16,069 nucleotides of DNA, taken from the NCBI RefSeq assembly GCF_006345805.1, contig NW_021825239.1:1-16069 (forward strand), written 5' to 3'. Positions 1-7,599 of this stretch are shown one piece after another (position 1 is the stretch's first letter; each line of letters opens with the position of its first letter). This DNA is from Octopus sinensis. Lineage: Eukaryota. The notes beneath the pieces are model-generated. The model was not told the DNA's origin, did no database searches, and worked only from the letters and a program-made list of their open reading frames with translations. The position numbers were made by a program, and so were the translations under genes.

Positions 1-94
1 TTTAAAACTGTTTAATACTTACAACATTTAATGAATGATGTAGTACGAAACGATCGTACCAAATTACCGGAGTCATTCTGTTGCTTATTTTGGA

Positions 95-100
95 TATTAA

Positions 101-163
<63 letters not shown>

Positions 164-265
164 TATATATAGGTACACACACATATAGATAGATAGAGAC
201 ATACATACATGCATACAGACAGACATATAGGTAGATACAGATATGTATACAAGTATGCATGTATA
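95..265. repeat. (TA)n / (TAGA)/(TACA) compound microsatellite
   Basis: Direct reading: long TA dinucleotide run at ~100-170 followed by degenerate TAGA/CATA units. Confidence 0.95.
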
Positions 266-470
266 TCAATCCTGAGTCCTGAACCAGGTGTTTGATAACG
301 CCCGGGTAATGTAATACCTCGCGCTCCTCAGAGCTAGCCAGTATGTACAATATATAGTGTCTACACTTCGTTAGTAGTGGTTAAAAAGTTACATCCATAT
401 TTTGGCTGCTAGGATAAATGACGAAACGAACTGAATAACGGACCAAACCTCTCTGAGATATAAGACTAGA

Positions 471-893
471 AGGCAGGATATTGTTGTTTGGAACAGAGGG
501 GAAAAGGTATGTAACATCATAGAGGTTAGTATCCCTGCAGATATAAATATTTCTTTGAAAACCAAAGTAAAAGAGAAGATATATGGACAAATGCTTCAAA
601 ACCTCCAGCTTCTATATCCAGACTAGGAATTCATATTCATACTAATAATAGTTGGAATACTAGGTTTTGTTAGTAAATGGTTAAAAGAGAATCTGGATAA
701 ACTGGAATTTTCAGAAAGAGAAATCGACCAGCTAATTCGCACATTACAAGTGCAGTCTGTGAGTGGAACAGTAAAGATGTCCAAGATGTTTTCAAGTTCC
801 AAATGTGAATTTGTTTGTGACCTACATCTGAAAGAGGGAACCTTCTATCTTAGTTGGAAACCGATTTCCTCTACAGTGGAAGTTTTATAATAA
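471..893 (+). mobile_element. 3' fragment of an RLE-type (restriction-like endonuclease) non-LTR retrotransposon (R4/Dong/NeSL/HERO-like), pseudogenised, with 3' UTR
   Basis: Manual translation from 471: RQDIVVWNRGEKVCNIIEVSIPADINISLKTKVKEKIYGQMLQNLQLLYPD*EFIFILIIVGILGFVSKWLKENLDKLEFSEREIDQLIRTLQVQSVSGTVKMSKMF. This matches the RLE pattern (R)PDIV-x-IEVS-x-P-x-K-x-KY...IIVGALG...G(T/S)VKI typical of the C-terminus of RLE-clade ORFs. One in-frame stop; P of the PD motif is replaced by Q. Ends in a short TAA-rich tail at ~885-893. The clade cannot be assigned without a search. Confidence 0.8.
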
Positions 894-917
894 TTAAAAA
901 AACAGAAGAAAAAATAC

Positions 918-1110
918 CCTGTTGGTGATGTTAGAATTCCAACGAAGGAACCTTTAATCTAGGTTAGAAACCGGCTCTTTCTCTATTGGCATGAAATCTT
1001 GAATTAAAACTGAACAATGACATACATGCATACATACATTCATATATACATACATACATACATACATACATACATACATACATACATACATACATACATA
1101 CATACGTACA
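918..1110 (+). mobile_element. Second, related retrotransposon 3' UTR/tail ending in a (CATA)n microsatellite
   Basis: 947-973 (ggaacctttaatctaggttagaaaccg) matches 837-863 (ggaaccttctatcttagttggaaaccg) at 22/27 positions, i.e. it is homologous to the 3' UTR of the RLE fragment. It runs directly into a (CATA)n tract at ~1020-1110. Confidence 0.5.
1020..1110. repeat. (TACA)n tetranucleotide microsatellite
   Basis: Near-perfect catacatacata run read directly. Confidence 0.95.
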
Positions 1111-1883
1111 TCAGCCGAAATGTTATAATAATAAAACTATGATAGATAAGGGCATTTCACAAATATATTTTCCAGATCGAATGCCTTCCCACCGAATCCA
1201 TTATTATTACCGGGTAAACAACCAGAATCACACACAGGATAATTCTTTGAAATTCATTCAGTTCCTCATAGAGTATCATCATAGGAAGGACTTTGAGGAT
1301 TCTATGAATAAATAACTGCCAATCCTATACAATACCATTATGTCATAACGTAAACGAGTGTCATGCGGGCAATTATTTCAACACAAGAGTTAATTTTTAT
1401 TGAAGAATACAATGTATTAAGTTAATCTTATTTTTTTCATATTATTCTGGATGTTGCTAAAGGCGAAAGAGATAGCGTTTTATCAGCGTGTGTTTGTACA
1501 TTTAGTTTTATTCACGCCCGCGCGTGTGTGTGCGTACGTATAGTTCTGTGTGTGGTTGGGTCTATCAGGCTTATTATATTAGCGGTTTATATTAGCTTCC
1601 GTGAGATATCTTGAAACACACCTCTAAGCAAGTTGAACTTTAAGAGGTTTAATGAAGAGTGGAAGAAAGTAGGACTGTCCTTAACAAGATATAAATAGAC
1701 TTTTTGAAATCTCTGTATCTACATAACAATTTGCGAAGACTTTCACTTTCATATTATATGTATATATATAAATATAGTGAGAATTTACAAAAAAAAACGA
1801 AAGACAAAGACAGGTCTGTATATATACATACATATATTACACACACAAACACACACACACACACAGATTTATATATATGTATA

Positions 1884-2281
1884 TCTTTATATATAAAAGT
1901 GAAGTTGTGTGTCTGTCTCCTACGATTTAGATTCCTAACTACTCCCACATTTTGCGGTGCAGTTTAACCAAAACCGGGTATCTTATAGTCGTGATTCATA
2001 TCGAGCCCTTCTGGGTATTAGCGCGCGTCTACGATGAGTCTACGATTTAAAAAAAAAATTACCATCATTTTTTCCCATTTTTAACGCATGTTTTTGCTAT
2101 TATATAAGGGAAGTAACTCTCTAAAAATGTATTATTAAATCTCAGAACGTAAAAAGCTACAGTAACACCCCCCCCCTTTGTGGTTAGCCATATTGAGATG
2201 GCTATTATACTTTACATCTCTAAAAATGCTTATATAGTTATTTCCCTTACAAACCCGAGCAACGCCGGGCGATACTGCTAG
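1884..2281 (+). mobile_element. Non-autonomous Helitron (~398 bp), apparently complete
   Basis: 5' end A|TCTTTATATATAAAAGTGAAGTTGTGTGTCTGTC (TC at 1884, preceded by A). 3' GC-rich hairpin CCCGAGCAACGCCGGG at 2254-2269, then 8 nt, then CTAG (2278-2281) followed by T. This is the canonical 5'-TC...hairpin-CTRR-3' inserted between A and T, with no TSD. Confidence 0.8.
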
Positions 2282-2283
2282 TA

Positions 2284-2291
<8 letters not shown>

Positions 2292-2347
<56 letters not shown>
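2292..2347. repeat. (TAA)n trinucleotide microsatellite
   Basis: About 18 perfect TAA units immediately after the Helitron 3' end. Confidence 0.95.
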
Positions 2348-2529
2348 TTAGGGAGTATGGCTCCAAACTTACAGGGAAAAATTAGATTTAGGATTAAATC
2401 AAATTTCACAGTATAAATATATAAAATATGAATTAGAGATAAAACCACTATTAGGCAACTCAAACAGTGATAGACATTAACCAATACATAAATATCTCTA
2501 ATTCATATTTTATATATATATATAGGATG

Positions 2530-2861
2530 GGCTGTGTGGAAAGTAGCTTGCTTACCAACCATTTGTGCAGCCCTAGTCCCACAGTGTGGCACCTTGGCCA
2601 GGCGTCTTCTACTATTGCCTCAGGCCGACCAAAGTCCCGTGAGTGGATTTGGCAGACATATATGTGTGCGCGTGTGTGTGTGTGTGTGTGTATTTGTGTG
2701 TCTATGTTTGTCCCCCACAACATCGCTTGATAACCGATGCTGGTGTGCTTACGTCCCCCGTAACTTACCCTTTCGGGAAGGGAACCGTTGGTATAAGTAC
2801 TACGCTTACAGAGAATAAGTCCTGGAACCTATTTGCTCCAGCATGTCCGCAGTCAAATGAC
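2530..2861 (+). mobile_element. Degenerate tRNA-derived CORE-like SINE with internal (TG)n tract
   Basis: Starts with a tRNA-like A-box region (ggctgtgtggaaagtagcttgc); B-box region is decayed. gtggcaccttggccaggcgtcttctactattgcctcaggccgacc resembles the CORE-SINE domain (gtgaccttgggcaagt...). Internal (TG)n at ~2660-2700; tail gctccagcatgtccgcagtcaaatgac. Resembles, from memory, an abundant octopus SINE family. Confidence 0.65.
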
Positions 2862-2940
2862 AATACATTTATACACAAAGGGGAGATCATTGACAGGACT
2901 CCTTACATGCTAAAAGAGTCAGTTTATACCTCATATTTAC

Positions 2941-2945
2941 GATAC

Positions 2946-2981
<36 letters not shown>

Positions 2982-3069
2982 GGGGGGAGCGGGGGAGAGA
3001 GAAGAGAGAGAGAAAGAGAGACAGACAGACAGACATATAGATAGATATGTTTCTTTATTAGCCACAGAC

Positions 3070-3139
<70 letters not shown>

Positions 3140-3193
3140 GTAAATAGGTAGGTAGGTAGGTAGGTAGGTAGGTAGACTGACAGACAGACAGAC
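2941..3193. repeat. Compound microsatellite (TA)n-(GA)n-(GACA)n-(GATA)n-(GGTA)n
   Basis: Read directly; explains ORF 2924..3217. Confidence 0.95.
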
Positions 3194-3810
3194 GGTCCTA
3201 TATAGATTCACAACCAAACATAATAAATGTCACGTCGTTCGCTACGCCAATAGAGCTTTTGGTTTAAACATCAGAGATGAGGAATTTGTTTTATACTACT
3301 CATCTCTGTAGCCAACATAAAACTACGATGCGGTTCTCTTGCAAATGTGTAGACCACAATTTCTCAGTGGCACTATGATAACCAGCATTTATCACTTAAT
3401 AGGATATCGATATTTCAATTATATCGATATTATATTTAACACACGATACCACTTAAACACAACACATGCAAAAACAAAACTAAAATATGAGAATCGAAAC
3501 ATAACCAAAAAAAAAGACCAATATAAATATTAAAAATAAAGCAATGTTTTTTAAGGCAACGGGAAAACGCGAACCAATTTCACATCAACAATAGTTATAA
3601 GAGAAGCGATAAATAATAGCAGCTACAACAACAGCAACAACAACAACAACAAATTCAATAATACGAAATCTCATTAAATGTTGTGCTCTCATAGTTTGCC
3701 TGTTTTTGAGATAACCGTTTCAGCTCTTTTATGTGCACACGCGCATGCGTGCTTAGACATAGTTAAACGCAGACGCACACACAATCACACACACATACAC
3801 ACGATGTATG

Positions 3811-3867
<57 letters not shown>

Positions 3868-3871
<4 letters not shown>

Positions 3872-4262
3872 GTTTTGCAAGATCCTTGGTGTCAAGTCGT
3901 GTGTTGAAACAAATATTGTTGTATTCAGGTTTGGTCATGTTGCCAGTTTAGCCAATGAAACACACGCACTATATATTTGGTGTTCACTTGCTTCAGCTTT
4001 ATTTTTATTTTAAATTAATTGTATTTCGGCCAGATTTCTTTCGCCACACGTCTGTGTCCTCATCAGTGGTCCTTTGCTTTCTTCTTTCTTTTTTGTGTGT
4101 GTCTCTTTACTAATGATCTGCCATTTCGTATTCCTGTTGCATGAGTACATCCCTGTGTTTGTGTCTATGTTTAGTAAGTGTGGCGGGGGCAGAATGTGTA
4201 TGGTACCCCTGTTTATTCACGTTTCTTTAATTTAATTTAATTTAATTTATTTTATTCATTGG
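3868..4262 (-). mobile_element. Penelope-like element (PLE) terminal-repeat-like segment, left arm of an inverted pair
   Basis: Reverse complement aligns by eye with 4293-4639 over ~330 bp (e.g. gaaagaagaaagcaaaggaccactgatgag; gctgaagca.gtgaacac.aaatatatagtgcgtgtg; attggctaaactggcaacatgacca). Carries a hammerhead-like motif. A minus frame at ~4216-4150 reads INRGTIHILPPPHLLNIDTNTGMY, loosely fitting the I-H-I-x6-L-N-x-D end of PLE GIY-YIG domains. The PLE assignment is inference. Confidence 0.55.
4028..4072 (-). ncRNA. Minimal type I hammerhead-ribozyme-like motif (left copy)
   Basis: Minus strand: GGACCA-CUGAUGA-G-GACACA-gacg-UGUGGC-GAAA-GAAA-UC-UGGCC. Has the CUGAUGA and GAAA core, stem II (5/6 pairs), a ~1-bp stem III, a UC cleavage site and stem I (CCA/UGG plus GG/CC around a bulged A). 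One extra nt at the base of stem II is non-canonical. Confidence 0.55.
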
Positions 4263-4292
4263 TTTTTTTTTTTTGTTAGTAGATAAAAAACA

Positions 4293-4639
4293 AATGGATG
4301 AAATAAATTAAATTAAATTAAACGAACGTGAATAAAAAGGGGATTCTGATAATGCCGGTATCATACACATTACCACACACACTTATTAAACATAGACACA
4401 CAGAGGGATACACGCATGCGCAAATAAATATACATACAATTGGGAATTAAAATGGCACATGGTTAGGAAGGAAAGACGCCAAAAAAGAAAGAAGAAAGCA
4501 AAGGACCACTGATGAGATCACAGGAGTGTGATGAAAGAGACTCTGGCTGAAATACGATTTATATAAAATAGAGCTGAAGCAGGTGAACACTAAATATATA
4601 GTGCGTGTGCTTTTATTGGCTAAACTGGCAACATGACCA
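4293..4639 (+). mobile_element. Penelope-like terminal-repeat-like segment, right arm of the inverted pair
   Basis: Inverted, diverged copy of 3932-4262; homology stops 4 nt after the ATG at 4633-4635. Carries a hammerhead-like motif at 4503-4548. Confidence 0.55.
4503..4548 (+). ncRNA. Minimal type I hammerhead-ribozyme-like motif (right copy)
   Basis: GGACCA-CUGAUGA-G-AUCACA-ggag-UGUGAU-GAAA-G-aga-CUC-UGGCU. Perfect 6-bp stem II, 2-bp stem III (AG/CU), predicted cleavage after C4543, stem I CCA/UGG plus GG/CU. Lacks the canonical C11.1. Confidence 0.6.
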
Positions 4640-4687
4640 TCCCCAAATAAAACAATATATATATAAAACCACATCTATAAACAATAT

Positions 4688-4919
4688 ATATTTCTTTACT
4701 GCCCAGAAGGGGCTATACACAGAGGGGACAAACAAGGACAGACAAACAGATTAAGTCGATTACATTGACCCCAGTGCGTAACTGGTACTTATTTAATCGA
4801 CCCCGAAAGGATGAAAGGCAAAGTCAACCTCGGCGGAATTTGAACTCAGAACGTAGCGACAGACGAAATACTGCTTAGCGTTTCACCCGGCGTGCTAGCG
4901 ATTCTGCCAGCTCGCCGCC
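4688..4919 (-). mobile_element. tRNA-derived SINE, full-length monomer, 'tail A' type, with 10-bp TSD
   Basis: Minus strand: A-box-like TGGCAGAATCG near the 5' end; B-box-like GAGTTCAAATTCC; central GCCTTTCATCCTTTCGGGGTCGATTAAATAAGTACC (recalls the Meta-type conserved SINE domain, from memory); tail ending GGCAGTAAAGAAATA. Perfect flanking direct repeat taaacaatat at 4678-4687 and 4920-4929. Confidence 0.9.
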
Positions 4920-4928
4920 TAAACAATA

Positions 4929-5338
4929 TCTTTATCAACATAGAGTAGTTGCTTGGCTAGGTGGCGTTGCTCAATTCATCGTTCGAAAACATATAGTCTT
5001 CAAAGTGACACACAACTATTGATCTAATAAATAGAAACATTATTATTTCTAAATCTATCAAAGACATATATTCAGTAACAGTTCTGTAAAGTAAAGGTTA
5101 TTTGCCAACATAATGTGGCTGTCCTGGAAGAGACGATTGTTACTGTTGTGTAGCCCCAAGGAACAACGTTTCCAGCTGGCTATACGACACAATATCTGTG
5201 TCCTTATATTTTGGAACAGGAAGTCTAGCGCTCCCATCCAGCACAAAACAACATCTATGGACGGGTTTCCTTGTTATTGCTCTTTATCAGCCCAGAATAG
5301 CTGCTTGGTTCAATGGTGAATTCAGCAACGCCACCTAG
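4929..5338. repeat. Paired direct repeat plus inverted repeat (~410-bp unit of unknown type)
   Basis: Direct repeat 4929-4956 vs 5281-5308 (23/28 identical). Inverted repeat ctaggtggcgttgctcaattca (4957-4978) vs tgaattcagcaacgccacctag (5317-5338), 21/22 complementary. Confidence 0.75.
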
Positions 5339-5525
5339 TGAGATTATTTAGCTGGTAATAAATATACATGTATGTGTACATACATGTACAATTAGGTATG
5401 TATTTTATTCATTAAGTAAATCAAATGCCAGGGCTTGTCTCGAAGTTTGGAAAGACATATTTTTATGTTTATCATTCTATCTTCTGTCTATTTTTGTTCG
5501 TCTACCTCTGAATATAAATAAATAA

Positions 5526-5563
<38 letters not shown>

Positions 5564-5934
5564 GGAACACATATGTTCATATGCGTATATACACTCACGA
5601 ATTGAAAGCTATATTGTACCACACACCTTAATTAAATATAACTGAATATTGAACATCTAAAATCTGTAGGAAATAGAAAATATGACATATTTAATGAGAA
5701 AATTATGTATATATTGGACATTCCAGGAAATGAGTTATAGACACACCCACACTCATACACGCACGAACACACACGTACATACATACAGACACACAGACAC
5801 GCATATATACACCGCGGGATACGTAGAGAGAAAAAACATAGGTAGATAGATAGATACATACATACACACATACATACATATATACACGTACATACATATA
5901 CACACATATACATAGACACACAGCCAGACACACA

Positions 5935-6097
<163 letters not shown>

Positions 6098-6581
6098 ATG
6101 CTATTTTAGGTATTTAAATTTTGAGGTAGACAAGATGAGATATGTTTCAAATATCGATTAATTAATTAGTTTACGGAAGTTGTATACAGTTCCCGGAAAT
6201 AGAATATCCAATTTTTCATGTAGATGGCGTAAAGGGGAGGGTTGCGAAGGGTGTGGTAGGAAAAGAAGGAGAAAGAAGGAAAAGCGATTAGAGAGAGGTG
6301 TCAGTGGTAAGGGTAACGGGTTGTGCAAGGAGAAACTGGAGTGACGAGACTTGTCGAAGAAGGTGTTATAGGGAAATCAGTGTTGATAGGATTAATAGGT
6401 CGAGAAAAGAAAAAGATAGAACTTAAATAGGGGAAAGCACGAGGTGGCGGAGGTGAAGAAAGGGGACAAGGATGATAAAAGAGATGGGGAAACGGTGACA
6501 GAGAAAACGATGGTGGGGTCAGGGTTTATGAAAGAGATTGGGTGACTGGCGCAGAGAAATATTACTAAGTACTGATAATAT

Positions 6582-6960
6582 CGGTTTCAAATTTTGACAC
6601 AAGGCCAGCAACATGAGTGGGAGAGGGCGGGATAAGGGGACTAGTCTACTACATCGCCTCCAGTGTTTAACCGGTACTTATTTTATCGACTCCGAAAGGA
6701 TGAAATACAAAGTCGACCTTGTCGGAATTTGAACTCAGAACATAAAACTACTACCCACAAGGGGCTAAACACAGTGAGGACAAACAAGGACAGAGAAACG
6801 GATCAAGTCGATTATATCGACTCCAGTGCGTAACTGGTACTTAATTTATTGACCCTGAAAGGTTGAATGGCAAAGGTTGAATTTTAACTCAGAACGGAAC
6901 GGCAGACGAAATACCGCTAAACATTTTACTCAGCGTTCTAACGTTTCTTCCAGCTCACCG
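6582..6960 (-). mobile_element. SINE heterodimer: full tail-A monomer (~6748-6960) fused to a 5'-truncated tail-B copy (~6582-6742)
   Basis: Minus strand: head, B box, central domain and tail A (ccttgtgggtagtag), then re-entry at gttctgagttcaaattcc, central domain and a different tail (...tgctggccttgtgtcaaaatttgaaaccgatatt). Flanked by taagtactgataatat (6566-6581) and taattactgataatat (6966-6981). Confidence 0.8.
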
Positions 6961-6981
6961 TCTTCTAATTACTGATAATAT

Positions 6982-7137
6982 AAATCTCAAAATTTGGCAG
7001 AAGGCCAGCAAGTTAGGTGGAAGGGTAAGTCTTCTGCATCGATCCCAGTGATCACTGGTACTCATTTTATCGATCCCGAAACGATGAAAGGTAAAGTCGA
7101 TTCAGCCAGGCGCGCTAACGATTCTGCCATCTCCTTG
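6982..7137 (-). mobile_element. Tail-B SINE copy with internal deletion removing the B box
   Basis: Plus strand: aaatctcaaaatttggcagaaggccagcaag (tail B), ggtactcattttatcgatcccgaaacgatgaaaggtaaagtcga (central domain), jumping straight to ccaggcgcgctaacgattctgcca (head). Right flank taagtacagataatat at 7141-7156. Confidence 0.75.
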
Positions 7138-7153
7138 CATTAAGTACAGATAA

Positions 7154-7573
7154 TATTATGTTGACCGGAAGTTTCTGAGCGTTTTTAAGCCAAATCTTTT
7201 AACGCTTCATTGAACACACCTGAAACGTAACACAGTTAAAACTTTGGCGTTGCTTGAAGTGGTAGTGCATCTCTTCTTCGTACCTGACTAAAAATAGATT
7301 TATCTTTCATTCTGTTTACCCTTTATTGGCATTTTAAGAGGTTAACCAATAATTTCATATTCGCGTGGTAATCCATTTCTCTTTTTAAAAAAAGGAGAAA
7401 ATGCAGCAATGATTTACAAAACCATTTGTGAAGTTTATGGTGATGAAGGTGTAGGCGAGTCAACTGTTCGAAGGTGGTTTACAAAATTTAAAGCAGGAGA
7501 GTTTAGCTTGGAAGATAACAGTCACAGTCGAAGACCTTCAAAATTGGATGAAGATAGAAAGTTAAAGAAGTGA
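7154..7573 (+). mobile_element. Mariner (Tc1/mariner, DD34D) 5' fragment: TIR-like start and N-terminal HTH of the transposase, pseudogenised
   Basis: From 7394: GENAAMIYKTICEVYGDEGVGESTVRRWFTKFKAGEFSLEDNSHSRRPSKLDED, the Mos1-type N-terminal HTH followed by the (G)RP motif. Frameshift upstream; truncated at stop 7571-7573. tattatgttgaccggaagtttctgagcgttttt at 7154 resembles mariner TIRs (TATTAGGTTG...); the TIR call is less certain than the protein match. Confidence 0.85.
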
Positions 7574-7599
7574 TTTTAAATTCTCAAACGCAGGATAAT

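Noticed and set aside
366-392. Similarity of ttcgttagtagtggttaaaa to tttgttagtaaatggttaaaa at ~667-687
   Set aside because: Short, AT-rich and gapped; plausible by chance.
1590-1700. NFKRFNEEWKKVGL, faintly like the C-terminus of L1/Tx1 ORF2
   Set aside because: Too short, with no flanking support, to call without a search.
4860-4919. tRNA genes at the SINE heads (also ~7880, ~12670, ~6900)
   Set aside because: A- and B-box-like motifs are present, but no cloverleaf or anticodon arm is evident, and each continues into SINE body and tail.
6230-6560. Purine-rich plus strand, G-quadruplex or coding candidate
   Set aside because: No regular G3 tracts, no ORF and no periodicity; ordinary low-complexity strand bias.
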